53,862 nt of DNA, from the NCBI GenBank assembly GCA_002256025.1, contig NKIB01013672.1, positions 1 to 53,862 on the forward strand. The letters are read 5' to 3'. The translations under genes were made by a program, and so were the position numbers. Below are positions 35,091 through 47,094 of the stretch, piece after piece (position 1 is the first letter of the stretch; each line of letters opens with the position of its first letter). Source of the DNA: Asterionella formosa. Lineage: Eukaryota. The notes beneath the pieces were generated by a model. That model ran no database searches, had not been told where the DNA came from, and saw only the letters and a program-made list of their open reading frames with translations.

Positions 35091-36285
35091 TACATACAGT
35101 ATACCGGCATACTGGTTCCTGTATTACCATGCATACCAGTATTAAACTACCTGGTACCAGTACCTGGTACCATAATCCATCTGTCATAAACTATTGGATA
35201 CATTCGGACTACATACCGGTACTTAATATGAAGTCTCCATGTGTAGATGACTATAGCAATATACCAGCATATTTGTAAATAGTGGACCAAGGATAACAGG
35301 AGCCTACAATATTCGCATGCTGAAAATGAAGTGAAAAAATGAATGTAGTAGCTCATGTAAAAAAGGAATGTAGTTACATATGAATATATATGAAATCATG
35401 AATGCTAAAAAATGTAACTAGGATGTTGTGATGATCATGCATCATTTGATTGGCAATCTGTGTCACTGATGTTTGATCTGGAACATATACCTCATAAATT
35501 TATCAATTGAAGCATGGTCAGTGAATCCCAGCTCAATCTACTGCCCAGTATACCATTATAATGCAGTCATGATATTCCACACAACCCTGCACTGACAATA
35601 CTGCATACTAGCTTCATCTGTCTAATACCAAACCTTATTTAACATATAACCAATGCAATATTTAATAATGTACCAATATTAGAACTATATTTATGTCATT
35701 TATGTACCGTTAATTTATTGGCACTAGCAGAGGATTAGTACAACATACCTCTGGTGGAGTCATTCTATGTTTAGCAGACACAGTTTGGTGGAGATACATG
35801 TGACCAATACGTATGTAGTAGGTATGTGCTGGAACTTTAATCTGTGGATTTAACTGCTACCAGCAATACATCCAACAGGGTATGAAATAAATTTATGGAG
35901 CACACAATAATAGAATATTATATGGTAAATAGTTTCTCTGTGTCCAGCGGCATATGGTATCATTGTGATTGTGTCAACAGGTGTTTTGTATCATGCTTAC
36001 TAGGCACTATTTTAATATGCGTAGTAGCGCAAAATTAATACCAAATGCTCAGTCAACCTTTTTCTTAATCCAGCCAAGGAGATAAAATATCGTACATTGG
36101 TATCAGCCAGCAATAAGCCATACCGGTACCCTGGTACATAGACTAGACAACCGGCTGTGGGACTTGATTATTGTTGCTTAGACCAAGGTACTCAGTACCT
36201 GTTGGTACCAGGTACCAGTAGCTACTTTACCGTATATAATACACATACCGGTGTGAGTACAGCATACCGGTAGATGCCACCGGTA

Positions 36286-36578
36286 TGTTAAAAGGTCTCA
36301 TACTCCTTCCCCTCTGACGGGTTTCCTCTTACGTAGGTCTTACCTGTTGTACCACAAGTATTGTTATCTTCTTTCTGCTGCTAGCCTTTGTGCTAGTTTT
36401 CACTATTGACCTTACTCTGTCAATTCTCACTGTTTCTTAATTTATAAGCTTAAACTTAAACTAAGTTTCAATCCCATTCATCACACTTCGAGAACCTGTT
36501 CTTTGTGTTCCCTTTCATTGATGTATACATTCTTCTGATTGATCTAAGACATCAATCTTGTTAGCAAGCTTCTTGACA
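36286..36578. mobile_element. Candidate solo LTR
   Basis: TGTTAAAA...TCTTGACA termini (6/8 inverted match). Flanks CGGTA/TGGGA match 3/5. Pyrimidine-rich interior with TATAA. Confidence 0.25.
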
Positions 36579-36701
36579 TGGGAATGCACCATTTGACTAA
36601 TTGGACCATAGTTGAGTCCACAGTCTTTGTGACTCATTCTAGCCATTGATGCTATGTATACAACCGACCATGTTTTACGTTTTTGTTCACTTCGTATTTC
36701 A

Positions 36702-36832
36702 TACCAGGTACCAATACATCACACGACCCATCATCCATCAGCCGCCCGTTCAATTCCGATGCAGATACCAGGCTTGGGTACTGGTACCAGGTACCAACCG
36801 GTACCTGGCACCAGATACCAAACCAGGGTACC
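36702..36832. repeat. GGTACC(A/T) cluster
   Basis: taccaggtacc...ggtactggtaccaggtaccaaccggtacctgg directly upstream of the P5A ATPase; further clusters at 35148-35222 and 36121-36285. Confidence 0.85.
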
Positions 36833-36882
36833 ACGCACAGCATCATATTTGTGGAGTTTACATCTGCTCGGCCGTCTGAACA

Positions 36883-39800
36883 ATGACGAAGCAAGCATTA
36901 CCAAATCAAGCACGAAGCAACATCATCACAATGACAAAAGACGACGAAGAAAGGAAACCCCTGGTATCATCTGTTAATGAAATCAAAGAGAGAATAGGAA
37001 AACAATCAAATCAAAAGAAACCAAATGAATTGGAAGGCACAAAAGTGATTCCGTTGATTCAGCGCAGCCAATTGCTGCGACTTGACGTGTCACCGTTTGT
37101 TGCCGTCTATCTAATATTGATAGCTTTGGATCAAACGCAGGACGACCATCGCCATGTTCAATTGATGCTTTGGATAGCCTTTCCGTTAGCTCTTGTGAGT
37201 CATCTCGTGCTTGTTTTATTACAGCAATGGAAGGTCTCCATGGCCTGCGCAGTGGGCTATCAACGAGCAAACGAGAACAACCCCTCCGCTTGGACACATT
37301 GCTTGGTAGAATGTTCAGCCATGAACGGAACGACGGATGCTGAGATAGTTGCAGTGACCCAGGCGAATGGAGTCGCGGTGGTCAATTTTCAAGACATTAT
37401 CTTTCGAGCTCCGGCAAACGATTGCGACATGGATTCCCTATGGAAGACAACGAACAATTATAGCCACGTCTTTCATAGAATCATTTACCCTGATCACTTC
37501 TCGCTGGAATTTTACAAATCTCACAAGGGCTATACGACACTCCCGCAAGTAAAGACTGCTCAGACTGTGTACGGCGAGAATCAAACCAAGATTCAGCTGC
37601 CACGTTTTTTGGATCTGCTTGGACAACAATTGCTCGCACCTTTCTTCCTGTTTCAACTTTTTTGCGTTGTATTGTGGTCTATGGATGAATATTGGTACTA
37701 TGCTTTGTTTACGCTCTTCGCGTTGATCATGTTTGAATGCACCGTTTCGTACAATCGACTTGCGGGATTGCAACGCTTGCGAGGAACCTTGAAACATCCA
37801 TTCCATATCTCGTGCTTCCGTCACGGGTTATGGTTCATGTTAAGAACGGATGAACTATTGCCCGGTGACGTTATTTCATTAACTGCGAAGGCAAATGAAA
37901 TAAATGTACCGGCCGACGTTTTAATTTTGAGTGGGACTGCAGTGGTGGATGAAGCGCTACTGACGGGAGAATCTATTCCTCAATTAAAGGGACCGTTAGA
38001 TGCCAGTGACAGCAATGGAAAAGATGTTCTGAATATTTTGGATATGCAAGATCCGCAGCATAAGCAGTCAATTTTATTTGGAGGAACTAATCTGGTGAGT
38101 CATGACAATGAACAAATGGTATCAACGAGAATTCCACTACCACCAGATAGCGGCATCGTTTGTATCGTTCTCCGAACTGGATATGACACTGCTCAAGGGT
38201 CACTCCTCCGCAGTATGGCACACTCGTCCATGAAATCCGCGGACGGCATCCATACCAAAGATACCTTTGTCTTCGTCGCCATGCTACTGTGTTGCGCTAT
38301 CGTCAGTGCAGTGTCTGTCTTGGAAGAGAGTTGGAACGACGAGACTCGCAATCGCTTTAAATTGATTCTTCATGTTATTATCATTGTCACATCAGTCGTT
38401 CCACCAGAGCTACCCATGGAACTATCCTTGGCTGTTACGAACTCAGTGGCCGACCTCATGCGAAGATGCAATGTGTATTGCACTGAACCATACCGCATTC
38501 CTTGGGCTGGCCAAGTTGATACATGTTGTTTTGATAAAACAGGGACATTAACGTCAGATGAGATGCAACTGCGGGGTGTGAGGCTATTTGGGTTGGACAG
38601 TACGGACTCATTGGTAGACCCTAGTGAGGAGAAAATTCCTTGGGTTACATTGCGTGTAATGGCGGGATGTCATGCATTAGCTGTCCGTAGTAAAACGTCC
38701 AAAAAGAGAACTCTGGTCAAAGAAGTGATTGGGGATCCACTTGAAAAAGCAGTGCTTAGTGGAGCTGGATTCATTCTCCAAACCAGCAACTTTGTGGTGA
38801 ATGAACATCAAGAATCTGGCAAGCCACGAGCTATCCTGATACATCATCGATTTGCGTTTTCTTCTCGCCTCAAACGAATGACTGTATTGATCACAGAAGA
38901 TTCAGATCGCACAATGTGGGCCGTGACCAAGGGCGCACCTGAAACTCTAAAGCAATATTTGACGCCAGAATCCCTTCCGCCAGATTATGACGAAGTTGCG
39001 GAACACCACATGGGGCTTGGACAGCGAGTGTTGGCGATGGCATATCGCAACCTTGGTGCAAATGCAGAACTTAAGGAGGAAAGTCGTGATGCTGTGGAGC
39101 GCAGTTTAATCTTTTGTGGGTTTTTGATTCTCGATTGCCCACTCAAAGCTGACTCGAAGTCTGTAATATCAGAGCTCCGTAAAAGTGGTCACAATGTCGT
39201 TATGATTACTGGCGACGCACTGCTGACAGCGGCTGAGATTGCTCGACAAGTTGGAATCATGGCTAGAGGGGGTATAACATATGAATTGCAAGCCAAAAAA
39301 CACAATAAAACAAATGACACTGGCCATTCCGATGTCATGTCCTCATTTCATTTTGTCCCAATTGGTTTGAGGTCTGGAAGTCTCGACGGTTCAATTGCAT
39401 TGTCAGAGACAAACCTGAAGACCCTGAAAGAACTGGCGTCGCGGTCGGAAGCCTCCTTTTGTGCATCAGGTGCTGTTCTCGGACACTTGGCTCAAGTTGC
39501 GAGCACTGAGGATACCAGCGAATTTGTGAATCTGACAGCTGCTGACGAGAGCAACGTGATGCTCCATCCTGCCGCCCAAGCCGTGCTTCGTGATATCGTT
39601 CCCATAATATGCGTTTTTGCCAGGCATGCACCTAGGCAAAAGGAAGCCATTGTTGCTGCTTTCAATCTTGGAGGTCGGCATACGTTGATGTGCGGAGACG
39701 GAACAAATGACGTTGGAGCACTAAAACGAGCTCACATTGGTATTTCCATCATAAGTGCACCTGAGTTGGAAAATAAACACAGGGAAGCGACTGCTACTAT

Positions 39801-40779
39801 TGCGAAAGTCAAAGCCGATGAGAAGCGAGAGAGAAAGGCAAAGAAAGACGGGAACTCAACGAGGAGAAGCAAGGTTTCAAATGCATCCGCTTTCCAGAAA
39901 TCAATGCGTCAGCTGCAGGAAGCTCAAGAGGAACTGGACCATGTTGAACTTGGAGATGCGTCCGTTGCATCACCGTTCACGTCACGTGCAATGAGTATTC
40001 GATGCTGTAAGGATGTTCTCCAACAAGGCCGTTGCACGTTGGTGACAATGCTACAAATTTACAAGATTCTTGGTGTGAACTGCTTGGTAAACGCTCTTGT
40101 CCTAACGAAGCTGCATATGCACGGTGTCAAACAAGGGGATCGCCAGTTGACGATTCTGGGTGTCGCGGTTGCGATCATGTTTTTCTTTATCACGCGAGGA
40201 AAGCCGTTGCCGACACTTTCACCACATCGTCCACCGTCATCTGTCCTCTGTCGACAAGCACTCCTATCGATTGCTGCGCAGTTCGCTGTTCATTTTTCTT
40301 TCATCATGATAGCTACCGATATTTCTGTCGCTTTTGTCGATCCCTACGATCCCAGTATCATCCCCGATGCAAGGTTTAACCCGAATGTACTCAATACCTG
40401 TACGTTTTTGTTAACCATGCTGGCCACTGTAAACACTTTTGCAGTCAACTACCGAGGACGCCCATTCATGGAGGATTTGAGCGAGAATACCCTTTTATTT
40501 CGAAGTATACAAGCTTGCTATGCGCTTCTATTCATTTGTGTAATGGAGGTTTTCCCGCCGCTCAATGACCTTTTCCAACTCAGCCCATTTCCTGACACCA
40601 ACATGAATAGTTCTGCCAACGACGACTGGATATCATCTGTTTCACAAATTGGTGGTCTTACAAGCTTTGTTAGGCAGGTCGGCTTCCCAATTGCAATGTG
40701 CTCGTTCATGGTAGTCGATACGGCCCTGGCCTTTGCTTGTGAAAAGATTATCGTTCGATTGATTGAAGGACCACCATGA
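36883..40779 (+). CDS. ATP13A1: P5A-type ATPase (Spf1/ATP13A1), ER transmembrane-helix dislocase
   Basis: LTGES, ITSVVPPELPMELSLAV-like, CCFDKTGTLT, MITGD, MCGDGTNDVGALK and GRCTLV motifs; start at 36883 or 36931. Confidence 0.96.
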   Translation: MTKQALPNQARSNIITMTKDDEERKPLVSSVNEIKERIGKQSNQKKPNELEGTKVIPLIQRSQLLRLDVSPFVAVYLILIALDQTQDDHRHVQLMLWIAFPLALVSHLVLVLLQQWKVSMACAVGYQRANENNPSAWTHCLVECSAMNGTTDAEIVAVTQANGVAVVNFQDIIFRAPANDCDMDSLWKTTNNYSHVFHRIIYPDHFSLEFYKSHKGYTTLPQVKTAQTVYGENQTKIQLPRFLDLLGQQLLAPFFLFQLFCVVLWSMDEYWYYALFTLFALIMFECTVSYNRLAGLQRLRGTLKHPFHISCFRHGLWFMLRTDELLPGDVISLTAKANEINVPADVLILSGTAVVDEALLTGESIPQLKGPLDASDSNGKDVLNILDMQDPQHKQSILFGGTNLVSHDNEQMVSTRIPLPPDSGIVCIVLRTGYDTAQGSLLRSMAHSSMKSADGIHTKDTFVFVAMLLCCAIVSAVSVLEESWNDETRNRFKLILHVIIIVTSVVPPELPMELSLAVTNSVADLMRRCNVYCTEPYRIPWAGQVDTCCFDKTGTLTSDEMQLRGVRLFGLDSTDSLVDPSEEKIPWVTLRVMAGCHALAVRSKTSKKRTLVKEVIGDPLEKAVLSGAGFILQTSNFVVNEHQESGKPRAILIHHRFAFSSRLKRMTVLITEDSDRTMWAVTKGAPETLKQYLTPESLPPDYDEVAEHHMGLGQRVLAMAYRNLGANAELKEESRDAVERSLIFCGFLILDCPLKADSKSVISELRKSGHNVVMITGDALLTAAEIARQVGIMARGGITYELQAKKHNKTNDTGHSDVMSSFHFVPIGLRSGSLDGSIALSETNLKTLKELASRSEASFCASGAVLGHLAQVASTEDTSEFVNLTAADESNVMLHPAAQAVLRDIVPIICVFARHAPRQKEAIVAAFNLGGRHTLMCGDGTNDVGALKRAHIGISIISAPELENKHREATATIAKVKADEKRERKAKKDGNSTRRSKVSNASAFQKSMRQLQEAQEELDHVELGDASVASPFTSRAMSIRCCKDVLQQGRCTLVTMLQIYKILGVNCLVNALVLTKLHMHGVKQGDRQLTILGVAVAIMFFFITRGKPLPTLSPHRPPSSVLCRQALLSIAAQFAVHFSFIMIATDISVAFVDPYDPSIIPDARFNPNVLNTCTFLLTMLATVNTFAVNYRGRPFMEDLSENTLLFRSIQACYALLFICVMEVFPPLNDLFQLSPFPDTNMNSSANDDWISSVSQIGGLTSFVRQVGFPIAMCSFMVVDTALAFACEKIIVRLIEGPP

Positions 40780-41551
40780 GTATGGAACTACACTGACGAA
40801 TACACTTTGTGCAGCTTTCGCAATGGCGGCCGGCAATATTTACCTCTTGTAATTTTTCTGGTGACCTCTATTGCTAAGAGTGAGTTTTCCTGACAAACGA
40901 CAAACGACTTAAAATAAAATTCCTTGTCATTAACAAAGTATGCCCCAATTTAAAATGCACACCATTAATTATGGCCAATCAATCACCATAATAAAGGAAG
41001 ATTGGAGACAGAGCAAAATACAGGTTGTTGATCCGTACCGGTGTGTCTCATCAGTGTGACCATTTTTAATCCTTTTTGAGTTCTTGGTCAAGGGGTCCGG
41101 TGCCTGATTGTATTTCTATTGACACTTTCGGCGGCCGTTATTTGAATGTGCTCTGTAGTATAGCTTTGTGTTTTGTTTATTGTACATACGTAACCCCCCA
41201 ATATGACATAACTGATCATGTGAATTGCAGCCGCCAGCCAGCCAGCCATGGTAGAAAACAATACCGGGTACAGTCGTCGGAAAGACTGTTTCGAGGGACA
41301 TAGTACTGAACATATTTTTCTATGCAGTATGCATACCCTGTAGACCGTTATATTGTTTATATGAAAGAGTGTAGATATGAGAAATGCAGGTGAGATATAC
41401 GTACAATATATATATAAATATATAGAATTCATTTGAACCTCGTTGTTCGTCGTTCCATTCATTTTACCTTCATTCGCCATCCCCCGGTGCCCCTCTTCTG
41501 TGCCTATTTTCCATATCATTCATCGAATCAGTTGAAGAGCTCCACTATATT

Positions 41552-43082
41552 ATGAACGGCAACGGCCATAATGACATAATCCCCATGGAAATGGAGCCAG
41601 TCTTGGGGAAGAAGGTGACAGGTGACAGCAGTACTTCCGACGAGCAAAGGCCGTGCAATCCACTCCAAACACTGCACACGGTGTGGCTGTTGATTGTGGC
41701 TTACATGGAGTACTATCAAGGAATCACTCTGGCTATAGTATCAGTTCTAATCGTCACCCTGGTCATTGTCGCCTTGGAAAAGATTGCCTATGCTTCCACC
41801 ACCAAAACGCACAAGCCTGGCATACGCTCGGACTATTCCAGTGCCATTGGTCTCAATGAGCTCCAAATGGGAAAGCTTGACCATTGGTGTCTTCAAGTAA
41901 GTTGTACTATTTACGGCATATCACATTATAGAATTGCAATATTATAAGTTTGATATCGCATTGGACCAACACGGACTCATTCTCCTTTCTCGTTCCGTAT
42001 TACCAAACTCTAGGGAGGTGATGATTATTGCCAATGCGATGACCCCACGATCGGCATTCCAAACGAAAAGGTTAAAGGCTGGAACAAGGCTCATAAGCTC
42101 AATAAGAAACTTGTTGAAGACTTGGGCTTTTCTGAAGACTTGGATGTTGTCTTTTTGGGTGATGCTGCCGTTGAAGAACTCAACGGGCGATGGCTGGGAA
42201 TGGAAAGGGAGGACTTGAAAGGCATTAAGAAATATTTCACAAATTCATTTTCTGTCGCTGGTGGCGGGGAAGTGAATGGCCTTGCTCTTGGTATTGCTGG
42301 AGATACTGTAAGTGTGTCGTTTTGCTTTCTCACCGTGGCATGAACAAGCCATTTTTGTTACAAAACAACTGCACTCACATATTGTCTGGTTTACTTCACA
42401 GATTTCAAACTTGCGTTGGAGAGTCAAACATGGTGAGCTGACTACCTCTCTCAACCCAACGATTTGGTGGATTCTAATAGGGTCGAATGATTTGGGTCGT
42501 GGCCAGTGCGCTGAAGAAGCCGTGTTGGTAGGCATTCTGCAACTGGCACATGAAATCTCCATCCAGAAGCCAGAAAGTGTCGTGGTCATCAACAGCATTT
42601 TGCCCAGACATACTCCCATCAAGTTGAAACATCAAAAGAAGCCAATCGATTTGTGGCCTTATATAGAAGCCGTCAACTCGCAACTGCAAAGCTTTTGTAC
42701 CAAGAATGAGAAATCTTTTTTTTATTTTGACGCACATGAGTTGTTTGTCACGGAAGAAGTGAGAAAGGGCCACAAAAAACTGGTGGTCAAGAAGGACCTT
42801 ATGGACGAGAGTTCGCACCTGACTTTGGCAGGACACAAAGTGTGGGGCAAGGCAATGCTATCTGTGGTGACGCAATTCAAGGAAAAAATGGCAAAATCTG
42901 TAGGAGATACAACCACATATGTGCACTCAGAATATAACAAAGATGTTGTAGACGACAACCACGAAGATGATTTCACGGGAGAAAATCCTGCAGCTGAGCA
43001 CAGCAGTAAGCCTGCTTGGAGCTCAAATACGGACGACAAATTCAATGACTTAACAGATATGGATGACTACTTGCGGTCCTAA
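41552..43082 (+). CDS. Membrane-anchored SGNH/GDSL hydrolase (PAF-AH Ib-like); exons 41552-41896, 42014-42307, 42402-43082
   Basis: N-terminal TM, DHWCL-GGDD-C-C-DP, VVFLGDA, ALGIAGD-T-NL-WR, LIGSNDL, NSILPR and HL-G-W motifs; GT-AG introns keep the frame. Confidence 0.88.
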
Positions 43083-43183
43083 CTATGTAAGCAATCGGGA
43101 CGAGAAATGAACTAGTAGAGTAATTAAGCATAATCACCTCATCGTGTTTGATTACAAACACTAAAAAACAGCCAAGAAACCCT

Positions 43184-44022
43184 CTACAAATTCCTGTGTT
43201 GGGGATATTTTTCTTTCAAAGCTTTGAGCTCCTCTGACTCTCTGTATTGATATGGACGCACTCCCCAATGGCGTTGAAGCGCATCCTCCTTGTCCCATGA
43301 AAATAGTGATCCCGCATTCCGCTTGTAATAGTCTCCAACACCAGCCACAAAGGAAACGCCCAATCCCGTCATAAAGGCCCTGTCCACCCGCTTCATCACA
43401 GATCCCATGACCAATCCAGTAGCAAATCCTGCGTAAATGGCATTCCATTGGTCTTTCTTCTCGCGGATAGTGTAGGATAAGGCTTTGATCCCCAAATAGG
43501 TACTTCCAACGGTACCCATATATAGGGCAGGGATGAACGTAGTACGCATGAGATACGCAGTCGTAGGAAGAGTAAGGATAGGGCCCTTCTTGGTCATGGT
43601 CAACATATCCGGGGACCATCCCAGCATTGCTATTCCACAGAACATTCCGAATGGAAATCCCAGGAACTGCAATTTGTATTACCGGTAGGAATATATAAAT
43701 ATTTATTAGTATAACGATGTGGTTTGTTTGTGATTCGTGTGTTGGTAAGAAAAACATTGTTCCAACATCACACAGACAGACACACACACTCCTCAGCACG
43801 TACCATGCCTTTACAGGCTGCATTTATCGGGTTCGGAGGACCTTCGTCAACGTGCTCCGCATGCTCGCCGAGAGTGGTGATGGGCTTTTTGTGTTCAGCG
43901 ATGACGATATCTTCAAGTACTTTGAATCCTTCAGGATCATTGACGGACAACTCATACCAAAATTGCGAATGTGGTTGACCCCTGCGGGCGGAAGGGTCGA
44001 GATGTGGTTTGGGATCCGCCAT
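43184..44022 (-). CDS. Tim17/Tim22/Tim23-family membrane protein (possibly NDUFA11-like); intron 43667-43803
   Basis: GxxxG-rich helices and the IREKKDQWNAIYAGFATG signature; GTACGT...TTGCAG intron joins the frames. Confidence 0.82.
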
Positions 44023-44227
44023 TGTTTACACACAAAATGCTGTCACGCAAATGTAATTACCAGTACATTCATACGACAGCCAGCATCAAGTGTGGACTTT
44101 GGGAGGGAGCATCAGTATGTACCCGGTATGTCTGACGCCTCCTTTAGATATGTTTTGTTGTCGGAGAAAATATTACCCGGGAAATACAGTTATTCGTCGT
44201 TGTTGTGTCTGTGCGAAACAATTTGAT

Positions 44228-44352
44228 TACCGGTATCAGGTACTGATACCGCTACTAAGCATAACGTGGTACCAGGTACCTGGTACTCAGTACTATACGC
44301 ATCTGTATGATGCCGAATTCTTGTACCAGGTACCTGGTACCAGGTACCGGTA
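44228..44352. repeat. GGTACC(A/T) cluster
   Basis: ggtaccaggtacctggtact...gtaccaggtacctggtaccaggtaccggt between the divergent Tim17-family and PLAC8 genes. Confidence 0.88.
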
Positions 44353-44507
44353 TTCGGATTGCCTTTGTCAGTCATTACCGTACTCTGTTGATAATGGTGT
44401 TCAAAATCATTCCCACCATATAACGACAACATCGAAAATCCTGGTTCATTCTATCCATCAGGTTCGATTACGACCGGTACACATCACTCTACATGAGCTA
44501 CTCAACA

Positions 44508-45473
44508 ATGCCTGTCACCGCTACTGCGGTGGTGGCGCCAATGGTGGATGTCGTGTCTCCAGCGACGCTTGAAGAAGGTGAGAAATCGGAAATGGTGGAA
44601 TCGGAGATTGCCACTGTCTCCTGATCTGATCGACACACTGATCTGCTGATGTATGATATGCACGCTTCAAATGAAGCTCTCGACGCCTTGTGCATTACTG
44701 GACACGCCGCTTATTGAATTGCCTGTCACCACTTCCTCTTGCCTCCTCCAGGCTACAGCTTTCAAGCCGTCTTGAATGGAGTTGTCTTTCCTGTGACTGT
44801 CCCTCCTGGCGGAGTCAAAGAGGGACAAACCATTAAAGTTCCATTTCAACCAGTTGCTTTCTCCGAGCTATCTCCCTTAGTTCCTTCCTCTGCTTCCACT
44901 GTGCAAGGAAGGTGGAAAGACGGAATCTTTGACTGCTGCAAGTACTCTTGCATGCACCCGTCGTTCCTCAATGCTTGTTGCTGCCCGCAAATACTCATGG
45001 CGCAAGTCTTGACCAGAATGAACATGGACTGGTTAGGTGAACATACTACAGAATGGGAGTCCAAACTCACATTTCGTAGAGTTCTCATCATTGTCATTAT
45101 TTACTACGCGGTCAGCACTGTCTTGGCTCCATCGGGACCTAGTTGGGACGACGACGATACCGCATCCCTTGACTACCCGGACACTCCCATCTGGCAACAC
45201 GTCGTTTACAATTCACTAACGACAGCCTTTAGCGTATATACCGTGATTGTTCTTATGAAGCTGCGCAAGGCGGTGAGAACCAGGTATGACATCCCTGTCA
45301 CAAGGTGTGTCAATCAACCAGTGGTGGAGGATTGTTGTTGCAGTTTCTGGTGCGGATGTTGTACTGTGGCTCAATTGGCACGACATACTGCCAATTATGA
45401 CGAGCGTCGTGCGGTGTGCTGTTCGTATGACGGACTTCCCTCAAGCAGAGCAACACGTGAGTTTGTGGTCTAA
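44508..45473 (+). CDS. PLAC8-family Cys-rich membrane protein; intron 44578-44751
   Basis: V.SPATLEEGYSF...VPPGGVKEGQ, GRWKDGIFDCC, ACCCP and EDCCCSFWCGCCTVAQLARHT motifs. Confidence 0.9.
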
Positions 45474-45684
45474 GGGAAGGAGAAAGGAATTCAGAACTGT
45501 GGATCAGCGGTTGGAGACCGGGATTTGCAGTATGTGGACAGGTCGGCTATTAGTTCATGATATAGATATAGTAGACGAGGACCAATGAGATTCATAGTAC
45601 AGATTTAATGTACTCCATTCTATTTCTTTCTCATCGTACTTGTAATAGGTAGTAGCTCTCCTTAGTACCAGTCCAGTAGTATAC

Positions 45685-47094
45685 CTACTGCTCAGCGTCC
45701 GAGAGTTGTTTGAGTCTTTCCACTTCTTGCTCTTGAAACGCAGCCACGAGCGCGTCATGAAATATCCCTCCATTGCTCGCCAAAACACCCTTGACCTTGT
45801 CACTCATTTTTGCACCTAAAGAAAAATCAACCTCGTCCCCATTAGTGTCTGTCATTTTACCTCCAGCTTCCGTAATCACAACATGACCAGCTGCATGATC
45901 CCAAATCCACTCCAAATAACCAGGTTTTGGTAATCTCACATAAAACTCAGCCCCAGCTCGTGCCAAGACGCCATATTTAGCCATGCTATCAAATTTCCGA
46001 GCATTGATAATCTCCCCCTCTGCTGTCACTCCCTCGGCCCCATGCAGTAGCTTGGCTATACCTGCACACTGTCCCAAAGCATCACTGAATCGTTCGACAC
46101 CGATACAAAAGCGAGCATCGCTTGTAGCCATGGTCGAACCATCATTTGGTGTCACAACAAGGGGAACCGGTGGGTGACTCCCTGGAACGAATGGAAGCTG
46201 ATAGCACCCACCTCCCTTGGTGGCAACAAATATACATCCTCGCGTCCCTTCATTGTTTTCTTGTGTCTCATCATTCTTCCATGCGTAATTGAAATCATCT
46301 GGACGCGACGGTAGGTTTGGACAAGCCATGATTCCAATTGTTGGTATTCCTTCTTCTAATAGAGCCAATGCCACACAATATTGTCCTCCCTCTCGCCTCC
46401 CTCGTAGAAAACCTTTTGTACCATCAATGGGATCTAAACACCATACTCTTGATGGACGCTTGTTTTCCGAATCATTCCACAATTCATATTCCTTCCCCAA
46501 GTCAATAGATCGTTTGACAAGATCTGCATTATATAGGATGTTTGTGGTTGCGTTCGTCACCAACTCAGCTAATGTATCATTCTGATCTAAAGCTTGACTT
46601 GATTCTTCAGCAATGAACGAATCATGATTTGCATTCAACTTAAATGCTTCCTTCAAATGATAAAGTACCATGGCTTGTACTGCAAAATCAGCCACTGTCA
46701 CTGGAGATGTGTCCCACTTCTGGATGGTCTCAATATTGTTGTTGTTGTTCTGATTCGTAAAGGAAGTTGATGATGATGGTTGCAACTCACGTGCCACTTG
46801 ACCTGCCTGTCGGACTGCGGCAAGAGCTACTAAAACATCAGTACGTCTTGGTAAATCTAGGGGAAGTTGATCTACATCGGGAGCATGACAAGCAGCAGCT
46901 GCAGCAGAATTAGTAGCTGTAGAAGAAGCAGACAGTCCAATAGTGCTACTGCGAGATGCGGCTTGTTGACCAGCCACGAATACCGTGCTACTATAGTATG
47001 CGGCGGTCGAACGTCCAACTACCAACGAAACAGTGGCAAAGTAGCAAAACGGCAAGTGATAATGACGACGACGAGTCATTATTGTTAGTAGCAT
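45685..47094 (-). CDS. 3'(2'),5'-bisphosphate nucleotidase (HAL2/MET22/SAL1 family) with N-terminal targeting extension
   Basis: SPVTVADFAVQ, IAEE, WCLDPIDGTKGFLRG, QYCVALAL, DSMAKYG and EWIWDHAAG motifs. Confidence 0.93.
   Translation of the reverse strand: MLLTIMTRRRHYHLPFCYFATVSLVVGRSTAAYYSSTVFVAGQQAASRSSTIGLSASSTATNSAAAAACHAPDVDQLPLDLPRRTDVLVALAAVRQAGQVARELQPSSSTSFTNQNNNNNIETIQKWDTSPVTVADFAVQAMVLYHLKEAFKLNANHDSFIAEESSQALDQNDTLAELVTNATTNILYNADLVKRSIDLGKEYELWNDSENKRPSRVWCLDPIDGTKGFLRGRREGGQYCVALALLEEGIPTIGIMACPNLPSRPDDFNYAWKNDETQENNEGTRGCIFVATKGGGCYQLPFVPGSHPPVPLVVTPNDGSTMATSDARFCIGVERFSDALGQCAGIAKLLHGAEGVTAEGEIINARKFDSMAKYGVLARAGAEFYVRLPKPGYLEWIWDHAAGHVVITEAGGKMTDTNGDEVDFSLGAKMSDKVKGVLASNGGIFHDALVAAFQEQEVERLKQLSDAEQ

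Noticed and set aside
43161..44572. Overlapping ORFs 43161..43823, 43717..44226 and 44090..44572
   Set aside because: Alternative-frame or antisense shadows of the spliced Tim17-family gene and translations of GGTACC repeats (YQVPGT motifs).
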